From Piedraia hortae CBS 480.64 (Eukaryota), in assembly GCA_010093745.1 (NCBI GenBank), contig MU006021.1, positions 55,965-75,964 on the forward strand: a stretch of DNA of 20,000 nt, in the 5' to 3' direction. Made by a program: the position numbers and the translations under genes. Shown one piece after another: positions 1 through 9,284 of the stretch. The number at the start of each line of letters is the position of its first letter. Position 1 is the first letter of the stretch. The notes under the pieces are model-generated. The model saw nothing but the letters and a program-made list of their open reading frames with translations. It was not told the DNA's origin and made no database searches.

Positions 1-661
1 TCGTGGGGACGGATGGGGACTGGTCCCCGGCATGTCTGCTGGAAGCGGCGGTCCCGCGCTGGCGTGCGGTTCGGTTCCTTGGCGGTGCCGGTCGCTCCTG
101 GCCGCGATTTTGGGCTTCGATGACTGCGTCCTTGATCGCATCCGGGACTCTGGCTTGGAAGGACGTCATCATCTTCGCACGGCGAGCAAACGAGTCGTAG
201 CTGTCCCGAATAAGCGCGCCAGCCTCGGCGTTGAGTGCGCTGTCGGGATTTGGCTGGATGAGGAGGCAAGATATGACAACGAGGATGTCGCGAAGGGTGA
301 GGCTGGCGTCCCAGTCGCGTTTGAGCGTCTCGACACACACGGCACCGTTCCGAGGGTCGACATTGGGATGGAAGATTGGCGTGCGAAAGTAGGCCTCGGG
401 CGGTTGTTGGGGGTACGAAGAAGGGATGGAGAGGTGCAGGTTCCAAACCCCCGCAGCAAACGGCGTGTGACTCGGCCCCGCCAGGAGGATGTCGAGCTGC
501 GCGAGGTCGTCGTTGTCTTCGCTGTCCGGCGCAAAGAGGTAGTACGGCGGCAGTTCTTTGCTGCGCAGCGCCGCTTGATCGCCCGCCAGGCGGCGCATTG
601 CGCGGGCGTTCTGCTTACGGTCAGCGGCGATGCTAGCACGTTAAAAAGCGGTGCATGCCAT
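1..661 (-). CDS. Ubiquitin-conjugating enzyme E2, UBE2S-like (3' end runs off the window). Exon 1 = ATG 661-659, intron 658-611, exon 2 from 610
   Basis: Manual minus-strand translation (absent from the ORF track because there is no stop in the window): M/NARAMRRLAGDQAALRSKELPPYYLF...LDILLAGPSHTPFAAGVWNLHLSIPSSYPQQPPEAYFRTPIFHPNVDPRNGAVCVETLKRDWDASLTLRDILVVISCLLIQPNPDSALNAEAG. It has the HPN motif, the catalytic Cys and the PNPDSALN motif of the UBC fold. Confidence 0.92.
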
Positions 662-770
662 AATTTCTAGAGTCGATGCTTGGAATCGATGTTGCTAGAG
701 GAAATCGGTCAATCGGCGCACAAAGGTGGGAGAGAGCGTATCAGGATTCCGGCGCGATGCGACGCAGCTC

Positions 771-825
771 TACGCGATGTGACGCGACGTGACGCGACGT
801 GACGCGACGTGACGCGACGTGACGC
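771..825. repeat. 10-bp tandem repeat (GACGCGACGT), 4 perfect units at 781-820 plus degenerate flanking units
   Basis: Directly visible; lies 110-165 bp upstream of the E2 start codon. Confidence 0.95.
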
Positions 826-1082
826 AGCCCTGCGAACTCGGCAAACACACCACGCCAAGCGCACGCGCTAGCTACTTCTGAAAGTAACTGGACGAGTGGC
901 ATCAGACACTGCCCAGAAGTTTTTTCTACATAACTGCACCGTAACCTCATTACAGCATATCATCATTCATGCCCATTCCCGCCCCCTTTCGGAGCGCGTA
1001 ACACGCGAAATCGGAACGAAACGCTTTTACACAAGGTCCTCCAAAGCCTCCGAAAACTTGCTCAAGAATACGCCGGCCCAGC

Positions 1083-1856
1083 CTATGGCGCTTGAGAGTT
1101 TTGTCCTGGTAATGTAGACGTTGTGAAATTGTTGCTGTGCGGTTCCGCGGCCACCGGCTTCATGTTCTCCTTCCGCAGCTGGCTCTCCAGCGTGGGCGTG
1201 ATATCCCGCGTCGGGATGGTCTTGAGTTCCGCTCCTTGTCCGCTTTGTCCTCTTCGTCGGCCTGGAAGGTGCCAGGGGCTACGGTTCTCGGTGCGCTCGC
1301 CAGACTCGGCGATTCGTCCAAACAAGCCCTTTTTCTTGGGCTGCGCCGCTGGCTTTTCGCCAATGTCAACCTCTTCGAACGCGTCTACGCTTTCCTCGGT
1401 TGTCCGCGTAGGAACCGTGCTCGAACTGGTGGATCCGTTGCCGTTGCGCGAGGGTGGCAGCATCGAGGGCCGGCTGTCCAACGAGATGCGAGGCTTCGCC
1501 TCGGCCGAATGGATGACGGGGCTGCGGGCCGAAATGTCAAAGGACCGCCGGTAGGAGTCAAACGACTCGCGTGAGATGCTGAACTGTTCCTTGTCGTCCA
1601 ATTGGGTGCGCCGGGTGCTGTTGGGCTTCGTGCTGCGCACCGAAGAGGGCCAGAACGACTTGCGCTCTGGCGGTGATGGCGGCAAGTAGACTCCGCTGTC
1701 GTTGATCTCTACGTCGAGGTCAGCAAGCGCTCTAGTCGGCAGCAAACCAAACGTACCGCTTAGCTTGTACTCGGTCGTATCCTTGACGGTGATCTGGATC
1801 GGCCGAGTTCCACCCGAGCGAACATCGTCTTCGGGTTTCCGGAACGGGTTTCGCAT
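1083..1856 (-). CDS. Conserved hypothetical fungal protein; exons 1856-1757 and 1708-1083
   Basis: ATG at 1856 (MRNPFRKP). Removing a 48-nt intron (GTACGT...GCTGAC...TAG, 1756-1709) joins EYKLS/EINDSGVYLPPSP. Also contains FSISRESFDSYRRSFDISARSP. I recall both motifs from uncharacterised Pezizomycotina proteins. Confidence 0.8.
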   Translation of the reverse strand: MRNPFRKPEDDVRSGGTRPIQITVKDTTEYKLSGTFGLLPTRALADLDVEINDSGVYLPPSPPERKSFWPSSVRSTKPNSTRRTQLDDKEQFSISRESFDSYRRSFDISARSPVIHSAEAKPRISLDSRPSMLPPSRNGNGSTSSSTVPTRTTEESVDAFEEVDIGEKPAAQPKKKGLFGRIAESGERTENRSPWHLPGRRRGQSGQGAELKTIPTRDITPTLESQLRKENMKPVAAEPHSNNFTTSTLPGQNSQAP

Positions 1857-2139
1857 TTTGGGGATTATAATTGGACGATGTTGAACAAAACCTCTGCTAT
1901 GTTGGGGCTGTTGCTGGACTATGGCTGCTAAGCTGCGGCGGACGATGCTAAAGAAGAAGTCGTTGTTGCCACCAGCGTTGGACGGGCGACCAACCGGAGC
2001 CGAAGCGGGGTCTCCGAGACGGACCGTTCCGCCTAGCTCCAACCTTGTTTCGACCGCACCTGTCAAAATTCGTTTCAAATTAACCCTGTGGGAAACGGAC
2101 CGTTGGCCGAACCCGGTGTTGAATTCGAAGTTGCAGAGC

Positions 2140-3132
2140 ATGGTCGCGCACGCCGCAGTGACCTTGTCGCCTGCCGAGCTCGCTTATATCCACGACTCGC
2201 TTGCCCAACAGCCGCCAATCCGCCCGGATGGGCGCTCTCCGACCCAATTCCGACCGTTGGTGGCCGAAACCGACATATTGCCTTCGGCGAACGGCAGCGC
2301 CCGTGTATGCTTCGGCGACGGCACGGAGGCCGTAGTCGGGGTCAAGGCAGAGGTCGAAAGGGAGGCTGAATTCCCGTTCGCGGGTCCGCAACCGGTAGGC
2401 GAAGACGAATGGCTCGAAGTGGCCGTGAACATGCCCGGCCAACGCGACAACGACGCGCTCTCCGTGTTCTTGGGGTCCATGTTGACCGAGGCACTGCGTG
2501 CAGACGGTAAGCTGGTGGAACGGCTCCGGATCAATGCCCGCTTTCATTGGAGGCTCTATGTCGACATCTTGCTGTTGTCCGCGCCGTCGTCTTATCCGTT
2601 GCCTCTGCTCTCGCTAACGACCCATCTCGCCTTGATGGCGACCCGGATACCGGCGTTGGTCTCTGAAGGCGAGGAAGATGCGCTCTTTAACGACGACTGG
2701 GAGGCGGCGACGCCGCTCTATCCACGTCCTCCCAAGCGTCATTCCAAACACGCGTCCTACCGTAGGCCGCCCGTCACCCTCTTGGTGATGAGCGTGGGCG
2801 ACAACCTGTTTTTCGACCCCAGCCAAGAGGAGCTGGCCGTAGCGGATGCGGTGTTTGCCGTGTCGGTCATGCGAGAGTCGAACAACGACAAGCTGCGCGT
2901 GGTCGCCCTGCGCAGCGTCGACCCGCCTTCGCGGTCAACGACGGCCGGCGTGTCCTTGGCGACCGGCCAGGCGGCCGAAGCGAAGCAGGCGGGGGACGGA
3001 GCCTCGTGGCGGCCGCCGCCGCGAGGAGGCATTGGTAGGAATCTGATGCTAAGCCTGATCGAGGCGGTGACGGAAGCTAACGGGGTTGGCGAGGAAGTGC
3101 TTCAAGGCCTCGCCGACGCCCGCGGTGTATAG
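2140..3132 (+). CDS. RRP42: Exosome complex RNase PH-like subunit Rrp42
   Basis: LSPAELAYIHDSL...IRPDGRSPTQFRP...LPSANGSARV...VVGVKAEV...WRLYVDILLLS. ATG 2140 is the likely start; the ORF-track extension to 1921 crosses the divergent promoter. Confidence 0.88.
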   Translation: MVAHAAVTLSPAELAYIHDSLAQQPPIRPDGRSPTQFRPLVAETDILPSANGSARVCFGDGTEAVVGVKAEVEREAEFPFAGPQPVGEDEWLEVAVNMPGQRDNDALSVFLGSMLTEALRADGKLVERLRINARFHWRLYVDILLLSAPSSYPLPLLSLTTHLALMATRIPALVSEGEEDALFNDDWEAATPLYPRPPKRHSKHASYRRPPVTLLVMSVGDNLFFDPSQEELAVADAVFAVSVMRESNNDKLRVVALRSVDPPSRSTTAGVSLATGQAAEAKQAGDGASWRPPPRGGIGRNLMLSLIEAVTEANGVGEEVLQGLADARGV

Positions 3133-3133
3133 A

Positions 3134-5416
3134 CTACCCGACCTTGTCCACCAGCTCCCGATACAGACGCTTCATTTCCTTGACATCCTGCTTCAGATCC
3201 TCCACCTCTTCCTCTTTCTCCCCCAGCATCTCCAAGCTGGCGTCATATCGCTTGCGCAGCTGGCCCAGTTCGGCCTTGAGCTTCGTTGCGCTCTCGTCCT
3301 TTTCCGTCTGGGCCTCGCGCAACAGCCGCACAACCTCTTCCCGCGCCTCGTCCCGTTGACGGGCCAATCGGGCAGCTTCTTGGCCAAAGTTGGCCTTTTC
3401 GGCTTCAAGGCGACGGACAGCCGCGCTGAGGCGTTCCATCATCTGCACGCTGGGGCCCGCCTGGGCCATGGAGGTGCTGGTGGTGTCGTTCGGGTTGCGG
3501 CCCGAAGATCCCACCGCGCTGCCCTCGTCGTGGTCAAATTCCTGGGACGGCGCGGCCGGCATGCCGGGAATGCTTGGAAGCTGATGCCAAGTCGAGCTCG
3601 TTTCGCGGCTCATGGAAGGCGACAGGCCGAAGGCACTGACGTTGCGGCTCATGGCTGGCGAGCGATCCGAAGGCGTCACACGGCCCATGGCTGTGGTCAG
3701 ACGACGAGGTCGTTCTACCCCTTCGCACAGCAGCGGCGACGCGCTGGGCGGCCGTGGTTGAGCGAGCTGTCGCCATTTGACCCGCTCTTCTTCGATGCGG
3801 CAGTCCACTTCGGCTTCCCACAGTTGGCGTTGCTTTGCAGCGTCCGCCTTTGCTTCCTTCGCACTGCTTTCGGCCCGCGAGAGCCTCTTTCTTACCTCGT
3901 CTAGCTCCTCTCGCAGACCGTCGAGGTCCCGGTTAAGGCTACGTATCTTCCCCTCAGCCGCTTCGAGCTCCTCGTCCGTCTTCCGCTTGCTCATGCCAAC
4001 CTCACGCGCCTTCTTCCGCACCCGAGTCTCGCGTTGAACGGCTTCGTCGCGTTCCGCCTCCATCTGGGATAGGCGGGCGTTGAGGGAAGCCTCGATGGTT
4101 TCCCAGTTTGCCTTGGCAACCGAGTATTGGTTCATGAGCGTTTCGCTCTGCCGCAGAAGCTTCGTTTGGGCTTCTGACCCGGCACCGGCCGACGTCGCCT
4201 CTTCGGCAACGACGCGCATCGCCTCCAGCCGAGCTTCGAGCCCGCTGACCTGGTCTTTGAGCTCCGATTCGGCTGCGGCCGAGCGCTCCTGCTGTTGCTC
4301 CAGCTCCGCGTTGAGACGCCGTATCTCTGAACGTGCTCTGTCCCGCGCTTCTTCCACGCCCGCCCTCGCCTTCCCGAGCTCCTCTTCGAGCTCGCTGACT
4401 TTGTCGACGTCGTGGGTTTGGCTCTGCGCCCGTGCCTCTTTGAGCTGCCTTGTCAGCGTTCCGATTTGCTCTGACATGGCGTCGCGTTCAACACGAAGCC
4501 CTTCCACCCGTTCCTCCAACGCGGCTATCTGACGGCCCCGCTCTTCCACCCGTTTCTCCCATCCCTCTGCCCTGCCGAGTTTTTGCTTCAGCACCGATTC
4601 GGCGTGTTCGGCCCGCTCCAGTTTCTGCTCCAGGGTGGCAGCGGCTTTGCCGTCCGTGGCTGCTTTGGCCTTGAGCCTCTTGATGGTTTGGAGGTGCTTC
4701 ATCTCGGCCATGCTCAGCTTTTCCCCTTCCTGCATCAGAAGCGCGATTTGCTTGTCCTTTTCTGCCAATCTGCTGTCGCTGCCGCTTCCGTTCCCAGATC
4801 CCAGCCCTTCGGCGGCTGCCAAAGTCTCCTCGGTGAGGTACTTCAGCTTGGACTGGAGGGCATCAACCTTCTCTATGTATATCAGCCGTTCCTCCTGCCA
4901 TTGTTGCTCGTTTCTGGTGGATTCGAGCTGCAGACGCTCCACTTCGTCCTCCAACTTCGTGACGCTCTCCTCCGCGTTCTTGGTCCCGATGCTTTCGGCC
5001 CCGTCTGTCGGCTCTAGAACGGTCGGTGTCGTGACGTCGGTCGACGTGCGGGCCGGGTTTACGGACACTTTCCGGTCCGCCAACGCGCTGCTGCCCTGCT
5101 CAGACGCGACCGGCTCGGTGGCTATCCCGGCCGTTCCCGCGCCGTTCCGGCCATACGGACTGCTGTCCTCCTTCTTGGCACTTGCCCTGGCCAGACGCTG
5201 GGCCAGAGTTTCGTTGGTTCTTCCCCTCGAAGCGTCTCGGGAGGCCGATGTCTGGTCCTTCTTGGCCTCTTTCAGCGCCGCTTCCGCCGCCCGTTGACGT
5301 GCCGAAGCCTCGCTGTCTTCGGCCAGGATTGTGTCCAGCCGCGATTCGAGGTTCGCAACAGCGCCCGACAGCAGCGACCCCCATCCCTTCTTTGCTCCTT
5401 TTGACGGTGAGGACAT
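3134..5416 (-). CDS. SGM1: TMF1/Sgm1-family coiled-coil golgin, 760 aa
   Basis: N-terminal WGSLLSGAVANLESRLDTIL; central KDKQIALLMQEGEKLS; C-terminal TMF motif SVQMMERLSAAVRRLEAEK...RYDASLEMLGEKEEEVEDLKQDV. Confidence 0.88.
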   Translation of the reverse strand: MSSPSKGAKKGWGSLLSGAVANLESRLDTILAEDSEASARQRAAEAALKEAKKDQTSASRDASRGRTNETLAQRLARASAKKEDSSPYGRNGAGTAGIATEPVASEQGSSALADRKVSVNPARTSTDVTTPTVLEPTDGAESIGTKNAEESVTKLEDEVERLQLESTRNEQQWQEERLIYIEKVDALQSKLKYLTEETLAAAEGLGSGNGSGSDSRLAEKDKQIALLMQEGEKLSMAEMKHLQTIKRLKAKAATDGKAAATLEQKLERAEHAESVLKQKLGRAEGWEKRVEERGRQIAALEERVEGLRVERDAMSEQIGTLTRQLKEARAQSQTHDVDKVSELEEELGKARAGVEEARDRARSEIRRLNAELEQQQERSAAAESELKDQVSGLEARLEAMRVVAEEATSAGAGSEAQTKLLRQSETLMNQYSVAKANWETIEASLNARLSQMEAERDEAVQRETRVRKKAREVGMSKRKTDEELEAAEGKIRSLNRDLDGLREELDEVRKRLSRAESSAKEAKADAAKQRQLWEAEVDCRIEEERVKWRQLAQPRPPSASPLLCEGVERPRRLTTAMGRVTPSDRSPAMSRNVSAFGLSPSMSRETSSTWHQLPSIPGMPAAPSQEFDHDEGSAVGSSGRNPNDTTSTSMAQAGPSVQMMERLSAAVRRLEAEKANFGQEAARLARQRDEAREEVVRLLREAQTEKDESATKLKAELGQLRKRYDASLEMLGEKEEEVEDLKQDVKEMKRLYRELVDKVG

Positions 5417-5547
5417 GGTTGTCTATTTCCCCATTAGGCAGTCTACGTAAAGCGATGTGATAGGCTGTCGGAGTCAACTGTTCACCGTCTACGTGTGACG
5501 CCCAGACCCCTAAGAAGCCGCTGAAATTCGGTGGCGCCGCCCTCACC

Positions 5548-6210
5548 ATGTCACTCCCGCCCGCTCCTCCCCCAAAGCAGCCCAGAGGCCCCCCACCGCC
5601 CCCGCCACCTGTTCCGCTGGTCTCCGAGCTCCCCGGTGAACCCACCGAGTCCGATGACGATGCCTTACCCGCCAGCCAGGATTGGCTGCCCGAATCCGTC
5701 AAGGACATGAGCGCCGGGGACTTGGAGGACCTTTTGCAAGACCAAAGCCTCCAGGCGGCACTGCTACAACGCACAGGAACCGGTCATCCCGCCGTGATGG
5801 CATCACAAAACGCTCTACGGCCACTGCTCGAAACTAACGTTCGCGTGGCAAACTCGCTAGAGGAATCCGAGGGCAAGCTGAAGCAGCAAAGGGAACAGAC
5901 ACAGTCACGGTTGCTGGCGTTACGGGCGCTGGAGCAGCAGCACAGGTCCAAACTGGCCGAGACCGAACGCGCGCTGCGCAGCTTCAGCCCCATGGCCTTG
6001 TACCAGCGGCTGTCGGCCGGCGCACAAGAACAGGACCGCTTGGTCGAGGAAATTGAGCAGAACTGGCTGGAAGAGGGTGGCATGGCCACCGACCGCGAAG
6101 TCGTTGATTTCGTCAAGCGGGTCCGAGACGCCAAGCGGACGGCGTTTCTACGCCGGGAGAGGAAGGCACGTTGGGACGATGGAAGGGTTGGCGGCTGGCG
6201 GTGGACTTGA
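5548..6210 (+). CDS. VPS37: ESCRT-I subunit Vps37-like (Mod(r) domain), 220 aa
   Basis: Pro-rich N-terminus, coiled coil, FSPMALYQRL...EQDRLVEEIEQNWLE...DFVKRVRDAKRTAFLRRER, matching the VPS37 C-terminal pattern. Confidence 0.72.
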   Translation: MSLPPAPPPKQPRGPPPPPPPVPLVSELPGEPTESDDDALPASQDWLPESVKDMSAGDLEDLLQDQSLQAALLQRTGTGHPAVMASQNALRPLLETNVRVANSLEESEGKLKQQREQTQSRLLALRALEQQHRSKLAETERALRSFSPMALYQRLSAGAQEQDRLVEEIEQNWLEEGGMATDREVVDFVKRVRDAKRTAFLRRERKARWDDGRVGGWRWT

Positions 6211-6342
6211 TCGTCACCGCCGTGCATCGCGCAGCGCGATCTGTATAATATTTAGCATGATAAACACGTTGTAGCGCGTGGCTGGCCGCGGGGCGTTGCA
6301 GGGGTGGGGCGGTTGTTGTAAAAGACGTGGCTGTTGTTGTAA

Positions 6343-7924
6343 ATGGAGGTATTGCCCGGCACTTGCCGCGTCCAGGCGCTTGCTGGACCGCGCATTGAGC
6401 AGCGACGAGCAAAGAATTACGACACGGTGGATTCGCATACTCACCCTCCGTTTTCGAACTCCATTTCGGCTCCACACGCACCCGCTCGTGAAGTTAGTGG
6501 AGAAAAACGGCTCGCGGGTTCAGCAGACTCGCCGCCGCTCCCTCCCTCTCCGCCTCCGCCTCCCTTTGCAGCTCACCGCTTCCATCCGCGCCATTTCCCC
6601 GAGGCTGGCGACGCGCCCGCCGTCGTCGCCGAAACAGAGACCGCGCTTCCCCGCGTCTCCAAGGAGTGTGGGGTCAAGGACGACGACGGCGAGCCGCCGC
6701 CCCCGTACACCGAAGGCTCGAGTCCGCTTGACGGTTTCGGCTACGTCATGGCCGCTGCCGGAGGCGCCGCCAGCATCATCACCCAGGTGCAGCAGAGCGG
6801 GCCCCTTCCCGTCAACACTGCACTAGGCTGTAGGCTTGTCCCGTCACCCAGAGCAGTCCGAGACTAACTGCTACAGCGTCCGATGACATGCTTACGTTGG
6901 AGCTCCGGTAAGCTTCATGAGTCTCCCGTTTGCGTGCGACGAACCCTGACGAAGAACAGCAATGTCCGCTTCAACCTGTCCCGTGACGAGCTCCTCACGC
7001 TACCCGAGTTCGTTCTCCTCTCGTTGTTCCCTACCGGCCTTCTCCCAGATGGCAGCTCAGGCGGTAGTTCTGAAGGCGAAGTGTACCAAGTTGATGTGAG
7101 CCCACCGTTTTCCAAAAACTCACAACCCGCTAACAAGGCAGTACGATCCAATCTCCCTGCGTTACATGCTCGACTTCTTCGGCCGCGTGGCCCAGACCAT
7201 TCCGCAGTCGTCTGTCGTTGTTGATGATGTTGATGATGACGACGACGACGACGACGACGGTGGCGCCGGCGATTCCCCCAGTCAGACGATGCCTATCGAG
7301 CCCATGATGGGTAGCCCCCGTGACATGCTGCACGATCGCGCCGGCATCATTGTCCTGCGAGAGGATCTCGACTTTTACGCCATCCCGCCGCGCCCCGACA
7401 TCACTCTTGCCGGAATGATAGATATCAAGCGAGCGGCCGGGCGCCTTCTGCTGCAACAAGACGGCATCTTCTCCGGCCTCCGTAAGAGCGACTCGCCCGA
7501 TACCACGGAGCGACATCTAATCGAGATGCTCACCGCCGGGTAAGTGCCCTTGGCCAACGCTCATGTCTGTGCTGACTGTTAAGCGGTTTCGACGCAAACG
7601 ATCGCTGGGGCCACCGTGCACCTGAGCCGAACAAGGCCGTTATCTGCTCAATCGCGCTTGCGCGACTGCGCACCGACGTCCGTGGAGATACCTCACCGCA
7701 CAGCAGCCAGGCGGTCGGTATGGCCCAAAAGCTCCTGCTTTTCTGGCGCAAGCCCGCTCGACGTTGCTGGTGGGAGGGAGTTCATCTGGAGGGCGTTGAG
7801 GGGGTTTCTGGCCCCTTGAAAGTGTGGATCCGGCGTGTTTGGACTCTTGAAATGGTTGGTTTCCCTATTGAAAATGCCATGCTGCTTGCTAATGTTCTTT
7901 CAGAGCGTAATCGGGCTACGGTAA
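6343..7924 (+). CDS. WHI2: Whi2-like stress/nutrient response protein (Psr phosphatase partner); exons 6343-6829, 6877-6907, 6960-7095, 7142-7539, 7584-7854, 7904-7924
   Basis: Five GT-AG introns (47, 52, 46, 44, 49 nt), each with a CTRAY branch site, give one continuous frame: FNLSRDELLTLPEFVLLSLFP, IIVLREDLDFYAIP, HLIEMLTAGGF, WGHRAPEPNKAVICS, QKLLLFWRKPARRCWW, KVWIRRVWTLEMSVIGLR*. The start could alternatively be ATG 6748. Confidence 0.9.
7223..7258 (+). repeat. GAT/GAC trinucleotide repeat encoding a poly-Asp tract in WHI2
   Basis: Reads DDVDDDDDDDDD in frame. Confidence 0.9.
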
Positions 7925-8256
7925 TTGTAACACGTACATTTGTCCCTGGAACTACTTTGATAAAAGCACCGCTCAATCGTTTAGGTTTGTGCGTCTACAC
8001 TTAGAGAATCGATACCCTGTGAACCTCGCATGCCAACTAGAAGCGCTTGCTTTGGCTTCCCAGTGTTCTGGCCTGTACAACTTTTGCTGCCATGTTTTGT
8101 CAAACTAACATTAGTCAAAAGGGCCCTCTGTCAAGTTCACCTTGTATTGTTTAGGAATGAGCTTACGAACACATGAGCGCAGACAAAAGAGATTTGCGAA
8201 CGAGCTAACCATATGTGTAGGAGCTTGATATTCGTACGAAGGCGCGTTGATCATGG

Positions 8257-8400
8257 CTTTTTCTTTTCCTTTTTCTTTTCCTTTTTCTTTTCCTTTTTCT
8301 TTTCCTTTTTCTTTTCCTTTTTCTTTTCCTTTTTCTTTTCCTTTTCCTTTTCCTTTTTCTTTTCCTTTTCCTTTTTCTTTTTTTCCTTTTTTTTTTTTTT
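8257..8400. repeat. 144-nt pure polypyrimidine microsatellite, mainly (TTTTTCTTTTCC)n, ending in poly-T
   Basis: Directly visible; no purine on the + strand over the interval. Confidence 0.97.
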
Positions 8401-9058
8401 GCGCTGCATTGAAGGTTGCCAGTATCATATTTCCAAGGACCTTAACGGATCAAAGGGCGTTCGAGGAGAATACATATCTCACGATAACGACCATGCTAAG
8501 CGGTCCCCTAGCAACGGAAAACAAGACAACCCATCTCGACGATTTAAACCGCATGAACATAAAGGGATTGTAGCAATCCGGAATATTGGCGTCTCTACCG
8601 TCGGGACAAAGCACAAGGTATGCCAGTGTATCATGGAGAGGCAGCGCAAAAAGTAGGAGATCTCACAAAATTATGGGCAGATAAAACAAGAGAATTAGAC
8701 AGTCCCAAACCTCCGCTATCAGACGTTGAAAAGTATACGCCAACAATCTCATGTCGAAGTCCTATACCCCGTCTACAGCTCAGAACGATGATTGAAAGCG
8801 TTACATCACTCACTCATACGTACATTCGTTAAGGAGGATGGATGAAGTCATCCATAACAAACACTGGGCATATTCTAAGGATGCGTGTGCAAACTGTTCG
8901 TATAGTTTCTCAAGAAATCATCCGATTGTTGTAGATATCCCTGTATATGCGATGAGTACGGCGTGGCATCGGCTCCATCCCTACACCTTTAGATGCCACT
9001 GTAGTTAGCTTTAACAATTAGTACTTTGTCTTTGCTTCCAGGTGACAGGTGAGGTGTG

Positions 9059-9190
9059 CGGGCCATTGTTATAATTGTGAGCAGATGTGTACCAGCATGC
9101 ATACAAGTCACTACAGAAATCTAGTTGACGCGTCAAAGTCGATAGCCGAGCACCGATTATCAATAATGCTCGTAATATACCGCATATTCA
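9059..9190 (+). repeat. Dispersed ~130-bp element, copy A
   Basis: Aligns with the reverse complement of 19757-19881 and with 19933-20000 (25-nt exact match TTATAATTGTGAGCAGATGTGTACC). Palindrome TTGACGCGTCAA at 9125-9136. Confidence 0.93.
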
Positions 9191-9284
9191 AAGCAGCTAT
9201 GGAGTTGAGGAAATTTTCATGCCAGGGTGAATGAGCACATGCTTGCATAAGCCATCAGATGCTTGGCGACGATAAAAAGTGCAC

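Noticed and set aside
32..670. 212-aa + strand ORF and other long antisense ORFs (3086-3904, 4635-5297, 5100-5774, 13062-13634)
   Set aside because: They are shadows of GC-rich real genes on the opposite strand and have no recognisable motifs.
771..825. CRISPR-like array
   Set aside because: There are no spacers and the context is eukaryotic; it is a simple tandem repeat.
1857..2141. Apparent overlap of the 352-aa and 403-aa ORFs
   Set aside because: Conserved sequence begins at ATG 1856 (-) and ATG 2140 (+); the interval is a 283-bp divergent promoter.
8111..8656. Lys/Glu/Gly-rich and Phe/Ser-rich ORFs
   Set aside because: They are translations of the pyrimidine microsatellite.
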